From the NCBI GenBank assembly GCA_965116475.1, contig OZ220691.1, positions 2,944,001-3,008,000 on the forward strand: a DNA stretch of 64,000 nt, written 5' to 3'. Made by a program: the position numbers and the translations under genes. The stretch's first letter is position 1. Every line of letters starts with the position of its first letter. Below, piece by piece: positions 18,730 through 28,323 of the stretch. This DNA is from Gemmatimonadota bacterium (lineage in GTDB: Bacteria > Gemmatimonadota > Gemmatimonadetes > Palauibacterales > Palauibacteraceae). The notes below the pieces were generated by a model. It did not search any database. It was not told the DNA's origin and saw only the letters and a program-made list of their open reading frames with translations.

Positions 18730-20757
18730 ATGATGTACGGCAGATTCCGTGCGGTCTCCCTTTCGGCGTTTCTCCTCCCGTTCATCGGCGTGTTGTCGGC
18801 AAGTGCTCCGGTTGCGGCGCAGGAGGCGGTTTCGGTCGAACTCGTGCCGAGCGTGCTGTCGCTCGAGGTAGGGGAGGAGGCCACGCTGGAGGCGCGCGTT
18901 CTGGACGCGGAGGGGAACGTGATCGAGGCGCCGGTGCTCTTTTTTCCGAGTTTCGCGGATGGGCGAAGCGGGAGCGCGCGACGGAGCCTCGATGTGGACC
19001 GTGTCACGGGCCGCGTTCGGGCTGTGAAAGGCGGCGAGTTCCTCATCTCCGCTGTCGTGACCACCGCGCGGAACCTGCGTGCGGCGGCCGTGCCGGTGAG
19101 CGTGGCGTTCCCGCCACTCGACAGGATCGATGTGACGCCCGCGGGCGGTTCGACGTATGTCGGCGTGGCGACGCGCCACCGGGCCGGACTGCTCGACACC
19201 GCCGACGATGAGCGCGACGGCGAGATCCGCTGGTCCACCTCCGACGAAAGCGTCGCGACCGTGGACCGCTTCGGCATCCTCACGGCGCACGCGCCCGGAC
19301 AGGTGGTGCTGCGGGCCGAAGCGGAAGGCATCGCCGCGGAGGTCGCCTACGAGGTCAGGGAAAACCCCGCCGCTCGCCTGACGGTGTCCGGGAGCGCGGA
19401 GCGGGCGCGGACGGGCGACGTCGTGCGTTTCGAGGCGACTGTCGAGGACGCGATGGGCGGCGCGGTGGGCGACCTGCCGGTCACCTGGACCGTGATGTCG
19501 GATCCCTCCATCGAGGCGACGGCGGACATTCCTCCCGCGGAGATCGATGAGCAGGGCCGGTTCGTGGCCTATTTCCCCGGCGTGTACACGGTCGTGGCGA
19601 ACGTGCCGGGCCGTGCCGCGCGCACCTCGCTGGAAGTGCATCCGCGACACGCCTCGCAGGAAGTGACGTTCGTCGGGCAGGGACAGGTCAACAACGAGCG
19701 CACCTCGGATCTGTGGGTGTGGGAGGGCGTCGACGGCCGCGACTACGCGATCACCGGTACGCACGCCGCGGCGGGCGCCGTCTACTTCTGGGATGTGACG
19801 GATCCGGCGAGTCCCGTCCTCACGGATTCCGTCGTTGTCGATGCGCGCACGACGAACGACGTGAAGGTGAGCGAGGACGGGGAGGTCTGCGTCATCTCGC
19901 GCGAGGGCGCCTCCAACCGCCGCAACGGGATCGTCATCCTGGACTGCCGGAACCCGCGGGACGTGACCACGATCTCCGTGTTCGACGACGAGCTTACCGG
20001 CGGCGTCCACAACCTCTTCATCCACGACGGTCACGTGTACGCGGTGAACAACGGGCGCCGCTTCGACGTGATCAACATCGAGGACCCCGCCAGCCCGCAC
20101 CGCGTGGGCCGGTTCGAACTCGACACCCCCGGGCATGCGATCCACGACATCTGGATCGTGGACGGGATCGCGTACACCTCGAACTGGGGCGACGGGGTCG
20201 TGCTCATCGACGTGGGCGGCGGGGACCTCGGGGGCTCGCCCTCGAATCCGGTCGAGATCGCCCGCTTCCGCGACATCGGCGGGCGGACGCACGCCGCCTT
20301 CCCGTACCGGAGTCCCACGGGGCGCTTCTACGTGTTCATGGGAGACGAGGCGGGGCGGCCGGGCTTCGACGGGCAGGATCCCGAGCGCACGCCGCAGTTC
20401 ATGTCCGGGTACATCCACGTGGTGGACTTCACGGACCCGGAAAACCCGGAGGAGGTCGCGCGTTACGAGATCCCCGAGGCGGGCTCGCACAACATGTGGA
20501 TCGAGGACGACAAGCTCTACGCCGCGTTCTACAACGGCGGGCTGCGGGTGCTCGACATCTCCGGCGAACTGAAGGGGAACCTGGGCGAGCAGGGCCGGGA
20601 GATCGCGCGCTACATGGCGTACGACCCGGACGGCGTGGTGGCGAACGCGCCCTTCACCTGGGGACCGCAGATCCACAAGGGGAACCTCTTCTTCGCGGAG
20701 TACTTCAGCGGCCTGTGGGCGGTGAAGCTCCAGCCGCGCCAGGAACTCGTCCCTTAA
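18730..20757 (+). CDS. secreted protein with Ig-like domains and LVIVD repeats
   Basis: Signal peptide, WSTSDESVATVD (Big_2-like), repeated D..NP..P units, HN/HD motifs, YNGGLRVLDISG. Confidence 0.8.
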   Translation: MMYGRFRAVSLSAFLLPFIGVLSASAPVAAQEAVSVELVPSVLSLEVGEEATLEARVLDAEGNVIEAPVLFFPSFADGRSGSARRSLDVDRVTGRVRAVKGGEFLISAVVTTARNLRAAAVPVSVAFPPLDRIDVTPAGGSTYVGVATRHRAGLLDTADDERDGEIRWSTSDESVATVDRFGILTAHAPGQVVLRAEAEGIAAEVAYEVRENPAARLTVSGSAERARTGDVVRFEATVEDAMGGAVGDLPVTWTVMSDPSIEATADIPPAEIDEQGRFVAYFPGVYTVVANVPGRAARTSLEVHPRHASQEVTFVGQGQVNNERTSDLWVWEGVDGRDYAITGTHAAAGAVYFWDVTDPASPVLTDSVVVDARTTNDVKVSEDGEVCVISREGASNRRNGIVILDCRNPRDVTTISVFDDELTGGVHNLFIHDGHVYAVNNGRRFDVINIEDPASPHRVGRFELDTPGHAIHDIWIVDGIAYTSNWGDGVVLIDVGGGDLGGSPSNPVEIARFRDIGGRTHAAFPYRSPTGRFYVFMGDEAGRPGFDGQDPERTPQFMSGYIHVVDFTDPENPEEVARYEIPEAGSHNMWIEDDKLYAAFYNGGLRVLDISGELKGNLGEQGREIARYMAYDPDGVVANAPFTWGPQIHKGNLFFAEYFSGLWAVKLQPRQELVP

Positions 20758-20788
20758 CGGGATCGGACTCGGGAACGGGATCGGATTC
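20756..20788. repeat. 18-bp-period tandem duplication between a stop and the next start
   Basis: AACGGGATCGGACTCGGG then AACGGGATCGGATTC. Confidence 0.8.
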
Positions 20789-20789
20789 C

Positions 20790-21317
20790 GTGCGAGTATC
20801 CGCCCGGATCAACGGCACGGCGTGGTCCGGGGAGGTGGAGCCGCGTCTCCTCCTGTCGGACTTCCTGCGCTCCGAGGTCGGGCTCACCGGCACGCACGTG
20901 GGGTGCGAGCACGGCGTGTGCGGGGCGTGCACCGTGCAGCTGGACGGGGAGCCCGTGCGGGCCTGTCTCATGTTCGCGGTGCAGATCGACGGGCACGAGG
21001 TGACGACCGTCGAGGGGCTCGCCGAAGTGCAGCCGGGAGAAGCGATCACCGTCGAACGACTGCACTGGGTCCAGCGGGCCCTGCACGAGGCGCACGGGCT
21101 GCAGTGCGGCTTCTGCACGCCGGGCATCCTCATGACCGCGGAGGCCTTCCTGCGCGAGAACCCGGCGCCGTCGCGGGAGGAGATCCGCGAGGCCGTGTCC
21201 GGGCACCTGTGCCGGTGCACGGGCTACCACAACATCGTGGAGGGCGTCGCGCTCGCGGCCGAGCGCCTCGCGGCGGACGGCCCCGACCGCGGCGCCGACG
21301 GGGACGGGGACCCTTGA
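20790..21317 (+). CDS. [2Fe-2S] small subunit, CoxS/CutS family
   Basis: GCEHGVCGACTV, QCGFCTPG, GHLCRCTGY; GTG start inferred. Confidence 0.9.
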   Translation: MRVSARINGTAWSGEVEPRLLLSDFLRSEVGLTGTHVGCEHGVCGACTVQLDGEPVRACLMFAVQIDGHEVTTVEGLAEVQPGEAITVERLHWVQRALHEAHGLQCGFCTPGILMTAEAFLRENPAPSREEIREAVSGHLCRCTGYHNIVEGVALAAERLAADGPDRGADGDGDP

Positions 21318-21333
21318 GCCGCGTGGACCGCGC

Positions 21334-23682
21334 ATGAGCCGGGCGGGCAGGACGTGGGTCGGGGCGCGGGTGCCGCGCAACGAGGACGCGCGGCTGCTGA
21401 CCGGCCGCGCGCAGTTCGTCGAGGACGTGGAGCCGCCCGGCGCGCTGCACGTCGCCTTCGTGCGCAGCGACCTGCCGGCCGGCCGGCTGCGCGGGCTCGA
21501 CGTGAAGAACGCGCGGGCGCACCCCGGAGTCCACGCCGTATTCACGGCCGCCGATCTCGGCCCGCTCCTCCGGCCCGGCGCGGTGCTCGTGCCGCCGCCG
21601 CCGCTCGAGGGGCTGGTGTTCCACGCCCGCACGGCGCTCCCTCTCGTCCGCGACCGGATCCGGCACCAGGGCGAAGCGCTCGCGATGATCGTCGCGGACA
21701 GCCGCTACGTGGCCGAGGACGCGGCCCAGCTCGTGGAGGCTGACATCGAACCGCTCGATCCCGTCGTGGATCTCGGGCGGGCGCTCGATGGGGACGCGCC
21801 GCTTATCCACGACGACCTCCCGTCGAACCTCGCCGCCCACGTCCGGCAGGCGAAGGGGGACTACGCCGCCGCCCGCGCGCGGGCCGACCTCGTCCTCGAG
21901 CGCCGCTTCTCCTACGACCGGGGCATCGGGGGCGCGATCGAGAACCGGGCCGTCGTGGCGGAGTGGGATGCGCGGGCCGACCGGCTGCAGGTCTGGGACA
22001 CGACGCAGGCCCCCATTCCGGTGCGCAACGTCGTCGCCGCGACGCTCGGCCTGTCGGAGTCGCAGGTGCGGTTCATCGCCCCCTTCGTGGGCGGCGGCTT
22101 CGGCCCGAAGATCATGTTCTACGCGGAGGAGATCCTCATCCCCTGGGCCTCGATCCAGCTGGGGCGGCCCGTGAAGTGGGTCGAGGACCGGTACGAGAAC
22201 TTCTTCGCCACCACCCAGGAGCGGGGGCAACTGCACGAGGCGGAGATCGCGGTAACGCGCGACGGCCGGGTCCTGGGCGTGCGCGACACCTTTCTCCACG
22301 ACTCGGGCGCGTACGACCCCTACGGTCTCACGATCCCCATCAACACCCAGTGCACGCTGCTCGGGCCCTACCGGGTGCCGAACTACGAGAGCGAATTCCG
22401 GGTCGCCTTCACGAACAAGCCGATCGTCACGCCCGTGCGCGGCGCCGGCCGGCAGCACGGCGTGTTCGTCATGGAGCGCCTGCTCGATCTCGCGGCGCGC
22501 GGGCTCGGCCTCGATCCGGTCGAGATCCGCCGCCGCAACGTGATCGGTTCGGACGAGTTCCCGTACAACCACGAGATCATGTACCAGGACTTCGCCCCCC
22601 TGCGGTACGACAGCGGGAGTTACGAGGCGTCGCTGGCCGAGGCCGTCCGCCTCGTCGGCTACGACGAGACGTTCCCGCGGGAACGCGAGCGCGTGCAGGC
22701 GGACGGACGCGTGGTCGGTGTCGGCGTCGTCAACTACGTGGAGGGGACGGGCATCGGCCCCTACGAGGGGGCGCGGGTCACGGTCGAGCCGAGCGGCACG
22801 GTCCGCCTCGCGACCGGCGTGGGCACGCAGGGCCAGGGACACTTCACGGCCTTCGCGCAGATCGTGGCCGACGCGGTCGGCGTGACGCCGGCTGACGTGC
22901 GGGTGGTGACGGGGGACACGAGCGACTTCCATTGGGGGACGGGCACCTTCGCGAGCCGGGGGGCGGTCGTCGCCGGAAACGCGATCCACGCCGCTGCGCT
23001 GTCCGTGCGCGAGAAGATCCTGCGCCACGCCGCCGAGGCGCTCGAAGTCGACCCGGATGACCTGGAACTCGCCGACGGCGCCGCCCGCGTGCGGGGCGCC
23101 CCGGACCTGTCCGTCGACCTCGGCGCGCTCGCGGTGAGCGCCAACCCGCTCAGGGGAGCCGTGGCGCCGGGGACCGAGCCGGGGCTGGAGGCGACCTCGT
23201 ACTTCGGCCCGCCGTACGGGACGACCGCAAACGGGACGCACGCCGTCGTCGTGGCGGTCGATCCGGAGACGGCGATGGTCGAGATCCTGCGCTACCTCGT
23301 CGTGCACGACTGCGGGACGGTGATCAACCCGACGATCGTGGAGGGCCAGATCCACGGCGGCGTCGCGGCGGGGATCGGGAACGCCTTCTACGAGGAACTC
23401 GTGTTCGACGAGTTCGGCGGGACGAGCAACGCCTCGTTCATGGACTACCTGCTTCCGACATCGACGGACGTGCCTCCGATCGAGACGGCTCACGTCGAGA
23501 CGCCGTCGACGCTGAACCCGCTGGGCACGAAGGGGGTGGGGGAGGGCGGCGCCATCCCGGTCGCGGCCGCCTTCGCGCAGGCCGTCGAGGACGCGCTGGC
23601 GGACATCGCCCCGGGGCTGGAAGTCCTCGACATCCCGCTGAGTCCCGGCCGCCTGTTCGAACTCCTCCAGGCGGCATCGTGA
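21334..23682 (+). CDS. xanthine dehydrogenase-family molybdopterin large subunit (CoxL/CutL-like)
   Basis: EDARLLTG, GGGFGPK, PVRGAGR, GQGHFT, GTFASR, GQIHGG, KGVGE. Confidence 0.92.
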   Translation: MSRAGRTWVGARVPRNEDARLLTGRAQFVEDVEPPGALHVAFVRSDLPAGRLRGLDVKNARAHPGVHAVFTAADLGPLLRPGAVLVPPPPLEGLVFHARTALPLVRDRIRHQGEALAMIVADSRYVAEDAAQLVEADIEPLDPVVDLGRALDGDAPLIHDDLPSNLAAHVRQAKGDYAAARARADLVLERRFSYDRGIGGAIENRAVVAEWDARADRLQVWDTTQAPIPVRNVVAATLGLSESQVRFIAPFVGGGFGPKIMFYAEEILIPWASIQLGRPVKWVEDRYENFFATTQERGQLHEAEIAVTRDGRVLGVRDTFLHDSGAYDPYGLTIPINTQCTLLGPYRVPNYESEFRVAFTNKPIVTPVRGAGRQHGVFVMERLLDLAARGLGLDPVEIRRRNVIGSDEFPYNHEIMYQDFAPLRYDSGSYEASLAEAVRLVGYDETFPRERERVQADGRVVGVGVVNYVEGTGIGPYEGARVTVEPSGTVRLATGVGTQGQGHFTAFAQIVADAVGVTPADVRVVTGDTSDFHWGTGTFASRGAVVAGNAIHAAALSVREKILRHAAEALEVDPDDLELADGAARVRGAPDLSVDLGALAVSANPLRGAVAPGTEPGLEATSYFGPPYGTTANGTHAVVVAVDPETAMVEILRYLVVHDCGTVINPTIVEGQIHGGVAAGIGNAFYEELVFDEFGGTSNASFMDYLLPTSTDVPPIETAHVETPSTLNPLGTKGVGEGGAIPVAAAFAQAVEDALADIAPGLEVLDIPLSPGRLFELLQAAS

Positions 23683-24575
23683 AGCCGCCCCCCTTCGAGT
23701 ATGTAGCGGCGCACGACCTCGACGAAGCGCTGGGGGCGCTCGCGGAACCGTCGCTTGAGACCCGGCCGCTCGCGGGCGGACAGAGCCTCGTCCCGATGCT
23801 CAACTTCCGTCTGGCGGCGCCGGAACGTCTCGTGGACCTGAACGGGATCGAGGCGTTGTCGCGGATCGAGGCGACGGAAGAGGGAGGGCTGCGCTTCGGC
23901 GCCATGGTCCGGCACCGCCAACTGGAGTGCGACCCGCTCGTTGCGCGGCGGGCCCCGCTCCTCGCGGAGGCGGCCCCCTTCATCGCGCACCCGCAGATCC
24001 GCTCGCGGGGCACCGTGGGGGGCTCCGTGGCGCACGCCGATCCGGCCGCGGAACTGCCCGCCGTCCTCCTCACGCTGGGGGCGCGGGTCCGGATTGCCCG
24101 CCGCTCGCCGGGCGGCGAGCCCGGCTCCAGGGTGGAGCGAACCCTGGATCTGGACGATTTCTTCCTCGGCCCCTTCTTCTCCGCGCTCGAACCCGATGAG
24201 CTCCTCACGGCCATCGACGTGCCTCCGCCCGCCCCGGGAGAGGGGACGGCCTTCGACGAGGTCGCCCGGCGTCGGGGCGACTACGCCCTCGCCGGCGTGG
24301 CGGCGCGCGTGCGCCTGGACTCCGGCGGTGTCTGCGAAGAAGCCGCCATCTCGCTCGTGAACGGGGGATCCACGCCCGGTCTGATGGGAGAGGCCGCGCA
24401 GACCCTCATCGGCGCGGAGCCGACGCCGGCCGCGATCGAAGCCGCCGCGGCCGCCTGCGCGGAGACCTCCGAACCCGCCGCCGACATGCACGCGAGCGAG
24501 GCGTATCGCCGGCACTTGATCCGCATCCTGACCTCCCGCGTGGTGTCGCGCGCGGCGGACCGGGCCCGGACTTGA
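23679..24575 (+). CDS. FAD-binding medium subunit, CoxM/CutM family
   Basis: MKPPPFEY, LAGGQSLVPMLNFR, IRSRGTVGGSVAHADPAAE, RRGDYA. Confidence 0.92.
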   Translation: MKPPPFEYVAAHDLDEALGALAEPSLETRPLAGGQSLVPMLNFRLAAPERLVDLNGIEALSRIEATEEGGLRFGAMVRHRQLECDPLVARRAPLLAEAAPFIAHPQIRSRGTVGGSVAHADPAAELPAVLLTLGARVRIARRSPGGEPGSRVERTLDLDDFFLGPFFSALEPDELLTAIDVPPPAPGEGTAFDEVARRRGDYALAGVAARVRLDSGGVCEEAAISLVNGGSTPGLMGEAAQTLIGAEPTPAAIEAAAAACAETSEPAADMHASEAYRRHLIRILTSRVVSRAADRART

Positions 24576-26149
24576 CCGGCCCCGCGCTCTTCCATCCGTT
24601 CCCGGAGTGGTCGGACCGCGTCGCCGTGCTCGCCGGAGGCGCGCCCCGCACGTATGGCGACCTCGACGCGCAATCGCGGCTGTGGGCCCGACATCTCCTT
24701 GCCGAAGCGGGCGCCGCCGATCTGGATGGGGCCCGGGTCGGGTTTCTCATGGAGCCGGGATTCGAGTACGTCGCCACCCAGTGGGCGATCTGGCGCGCCG
24801 GCGGAATCGCCGTCCCCCTGTGTCCGGACCATCCCGCGCCCGAGATCGAATACGCGATCGACGACGCGGACTGCGCCGCGCTGATCGGCGCCGGAAAGAC
24901 CGGGCGTCGCATCGAGGGCCCCGCGCGGGAGCGCGACATCCCGTTTCACGACGTATCCGATACCGGCGCGGGCTCTTCCGTGTCCGAAGGGCCGGACCCG
25001 GGCCCGTTGCCGGCAGTCGAATCCGATCGACCCGCGATGATTCTCTACACCAGCGGCACGACGGGACGCCCCAAGGGCGCCGTGACGACCCACGGACAGA
25101 TCGAGGCGCACATCCGGTCGCTGCTCGAGGCGTGGAAGTGGGAGCGCGACGACCGCATCCTCCACGTCCTCCCCCTCCACCACACACACGGCATCGTCAA
25201 CGCCCTCTGCTGTCCGCTCTACGCGGGGGCCACGGTCGAGTTCGGTGGCGGGTCCGGAGGGTTCGATCCGGCAACCACCTGGGAGCGGCTCGCCTCGGGC
25301 GACATCAGCGTGTTCATGGCCGTGCCCACGATCTATGCGAAGCTTCTGCGCGCCTGGGACGCAGCGGAGGGCTCCACCCGCCGGCGATGGTCGCGGGGCG
25401 CGCGCGGGCTCCGGCTGATGGTGTCGGGTTCGGCGGCCCTCCCCGTACCGGTGTTCAAGCGCTGGGAGGAGATCACCGGGCACCGCCTCCTCGAGCGCTA
25501 CGGCATGACGGAGATCGGCATGGGGCTCTCGAATCCGTACGACGGAGAGCGGCGGCCGGGCACCGTGGGCCAGCCGCTCCCCGGGGTCGGCCTGCGTCTC
25601 GTGCGCCCGGCCACGGGGCGCGTGCTTGCGGAGGGGGTAGACGTCTTCGCGCCGGGAGAGCCGGGCGAGATCCGGATCCGCGGCCCCATGGTGTTCTCCG
25701 AATACTGGCGGCGTCCCGAGGAGACGGCCGCCGCCTTCGCCGACGGGTGGTTCCTGACCGGAGACGAGGCGGTCCTCGAGGACGGCTACTATCGCCTCCT
25801 GGGGCGCCGCTCCGTCGACATCCTCAAGAGCGGCGGCTACAAGATCTCGGCGGTCGAGATCGAGGAACTATTGCGCACGCACCCGGCGGTAAGGGACTGC
25901 GCCGTGGTCGGAATCCCGGATGAGGACTGGGGCGAGCGGATCGCCGCCGCGGTCGTCCCCGAGCCCGACGCGACGCCGCGCTCCGACTCGCTCCCGGAGC
26001 GGCTGGATCTGTGGGTCCGGGAGCGGCTCGCGCGCTACAAGGTGCCCCGCGCCTGGCTCTGCGTCGGAGAGCTGCCGCGGAACGCGATGGGCAAGGTGCA
26101 AAAGCCGGCCGTGCAGGCGCTCTTCGACGCCGAGGTCCGGCCACCGTGA
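24572..26149 (+). CDS. acyl-CoA synthetase (malonyl-CoA synthetase-like)
   Basis: YTSGTTGRPKG, LPLHHTHG, ERYGMTE, WFLTGD, KSGGYK, PRNAMGKVQK. Confidence 0.9.
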   Translation: MTGPALFHPFPEWSDRVAVLAGGAPRTYGDLDAQSRLWARHLLAEAGAADLDGARVGFLMEPGFEYVATQWAIWRAGGIAVPLCPDHPAPEIEYAIDDADCAALIGAGKTGRRIEGPARERDIPFHDVSDTGAGSSVSEGPDPGPLPAVESDRPAMILYTSGTTGRPKGAVTTHGQIEAHIRSLLEAWKWERDDRILHVLPLHHTHGIVNALCCPLYAGATVEFGGGSGGFDPATTWERLASGDISVFMAVPTIYAKLLRAWDAAEGSTRRRWSRGARGLRLMVSGSAALPVPVFKRWEEITGHRLLERYGMTEIGMGLSNPYDGERRPGTVGQPLPGVGLRLVRPATGRVLAEGVDVFAPGEPGEIRIRGPMVFSEYWRRPEETAAAFADGWFLTGDEAVLEDGYYRLLGRRSVDILKSGGYKISAVEIEELLRTHPAVRDCAVVGIPDEDWGERIAAAVVPEPDATPRSDSLPERLDLWVRERLARYKVPRAWLCVGELPRNAMGKVQKPAVQALFDAEVRPP

Positions 26150-26261
26150 CGCTTTGCCTCGGGCTGCCGGCCCCCGGCATTGCGCTCCCCGGCCGGATGG
26201 GGGAGCGTACGCCCGTTCGTCCTCGCCGCCCAAACCTCGAACCGAGTGGAGCCGATCGCTC

Positions 26262-27050
26262 ATGAAACTCTACGATCTCTCGCAGCCCCTCAATCAGGAC
26301 TGCTTCTTCTGGCCGTACTATCCCCCGTTCGAGGTCAAGTACATCAAGCGCAAGGTCGAGCACGGCGTGAACGCGCAGTACATCCAGACCTCCAACCACA
26401 TGGGCACGCACCTCGATGCGCCCCGCCACTTCGTGACCAACGGGATGACGATCGACGAGATCCCCCTGGAGTGGCTGTACGGGGACGGCGTCATCGTCGA
26501 CCTGCGCGAAGAGATGGGCGACCTCGCCGTCTACACGCCCGAGATGATCGAATCCCGGGTCGAGATCCGCGATGGAGACCGCCTCATCCTGCACACCGGG
26601 TGGGAGCGCTTCGCGCAATTCGGCGCCGAGGCGAACGAGGAGCGCTACGTCCACACGCACCCCGGCGCGCACCCGGACATGGTGCAGTGGCTCATCGACC
26701 GGAAGATCAGGGTCTGGGGCGTGGACGTGATCTCCACCGATCATCCCATGAACCTCCCCATCGGGAGATTCCTCGGGAAGGGTACCTTCGGACATTGCGA
26801 CCGCGTGCGGGCGATGGCGGAAAAGGTGTTCGGCGGGGCGGAGGCCGTGGAGGAGCTGTTTCCCGAAGAGCACTATCAGCTTACGCACAATGCGCTCTTC
26901 CCGCACAACTGCATGCACATAGAGAACCTCGGCGGACAGATCGCCGCGCCGGAACTGCAGAACCGGCGGCTCACGATCGGGTGCTTCCCGTGGAAGTTCA
27001 GGGGAGGAGAAGCCGCCTTCTGCCGGGTAGTGGCGTTCCTCGACGAGTAG
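26262..27050 (+). CDS. cyclase/kynurenine formamidase-family amidohydrolase
   Basis: DLSQP, HMGTHLDAPRH (HxGTHxDxPxH), HIENL. Confidence 0.88.
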   Translation: MKLYDLSQPLNQDCFFWPYYPPFEVKYIKRKVEHGVNAQYIQTSNHMGTHLDAPRHFVTNGMTIDEIPLEWLYGDGVIVDLREEMGDLAVYTPEMIESRVEIRDGDRLILHTGWERFAQFGAEANEERYVHTHPGAHPDMVQWLIDRKIRVWGVDVISTDHPMNLPIGRFLGKGTFGHCDRVRAMAEKVFGGAEAVEELFPEEHYQLTHNALFPHNCMHIENLGGQIAAPELQNRRLTIGCFPWKFRGGEAAFCRVVAFLDE

Positions 27051-27121
27051 TCGGGAACGGACGGTCGGGCGAACACGAGTGCCCGAAGAGTCTTCAGACG
27101 GTTCAGACGGAGAGGTGGAAC

Positions 27122-28279
27122 ATGACGATCGCCAGCCGTGCGCGGACAGACGCCCTGCCGCTGTCGCTCCTTCTGTCGTTCGGTTTCCTCGCGCAGGCCA
27201 CGGCCCCGCTGGAGGCGCAGAGCTTCTCGCGGGAAGGATTGCTCGACTACATGGAGCAGATCCGCCATGACAACGACCTGCCCGGGTTGTCCGTCGCCGT
27301 GGCGGTGGACGGGGAGATCGTCTTCTCCGCAGGCGTGGGGGTCGCCGAACTGGACAACCGCACGCCGGCAACGGGCCGGACCGTCCACAACGTGGGGTCG
27401 GTGTCCAAGGTGCTCGCCGTGGTCGGCCTCATGCAGCTCGTCGAGCAGGGAAAGGTGGATCTCGACGCGACGCTCCAGACGTACATGCCCTGGTATCCCG
27501 AGCGGGAGTTCCCGATCACGGTGCGCCACATCCTCACGCACACCTCCGGAATCCGGCACTACAACGGCGTCGAATTCGGACCCTACGGCCTGCTTGCGCT
27601 CCGTCACTACGACACGTTCGAGGAGGCGACCGAGCTGTGGCGCGACGACCCCCTCGCCTACGACACCGACTCCGGCTGGATGTACTCGTCGCACGCGCAC
27701 AACCTCCAGCACGGGATCGTCGAGGCGGCGTCCGGGGTGGACTACGAGGAATACCTCAAGCGCTACGTGTGGGAGCCGGCGGGGATGTTCGCCACCCAGT
27801 TCGACGTTCCGTCGCGCGTCGTGCAGAACCGCGGGCGCGGCTACGTCCGGGGCGAATCCGGCCGCTTCATCAACGCCCCGCCGGAGGACCCGAGCTACAA
27901 GTACGCGGGTGGCGGCATCATCTCGAACGTTGAAGACCTCGTCCGCTTCGCCATCGCCATCAACGACGGGCGCCTGCTCGCGCCGGAGACCGTCGCGGAG
28001 ATGCACCGGCCGCAACTCGAGCCGGGGATTCGACAGATCGATCCGTCATCGCCGGACGGCCTGGGCGATCCGATCGCGCACGAGCAGGCGCTGGCGTGGT
28101 TCATCCGCACGGATCCGAAGGGACGTCGCTATCCGAGCCACACGGGCACGGTGAAGGGGACGCGGTCCTTCCTCGCGAACTTCGATGACTACGGCGTCGT
28201 GGTGGCGCTCCAGACGAACGCGCTCCCCTTCGACTCGGCGAGATACGGCGAGGCGATCGCCCAGATGTTCCTGCCGTAG
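27122..28279 (+). CDS. secreted beta-lactamase-family serine hydrolase
   Basis: Signal peptide, GSVSK (SxxK), LTHTSG, YAGGG, HTG. Confidence 0.88.
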   Translation: MTIASRARTDALPLSLLLSFGFLAQATAPLEAQSFSREGLLDYMEQIRHDNDLPGLSVAVAVDGEIVFSAGVGVAELDNRTPATGRTVHNVGSVSKVLAVVGLMQLVEQGKVDLDATLQTYMPWYPEREFPITVRHILTHTSGIRHYNGVEFGPYGLLALRHYDTFEEATELWRDDPLAYDTDSGWMYSSHAHNLQHGIVEAASGVDYEEYLKRYVWEPAGMFATQFDVPSRVVQNRGRGYVRGESGRFINAPPEDPSYKYAGGGIISNVEDLVRFAIAINDGRLLAPETVAEMHRPQLEPGIRQIDPSSPDGLGDPIAHEQALAWFIRTDPKGRRYPSHTGTVKGTRSFLANFDDYGVVVALQTNALPFDSARYGEAIAQMFLP

Positions 28280-28323
28280 CAGCCCATGTTGCCAGCTGCC
28301 GGGGCCGGGGAGATGCGCCTGCC

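Noticed and set aside
18285..19211. 308-aa ORF
   Set aside because: Middle piece of the pseudogene running out of frame into the next gene
21334..23682. Annotation as aerobic CO dehydrogenase
   Set aside because: Lacks the AYxCSFR motif, and no cox accessory genes are present
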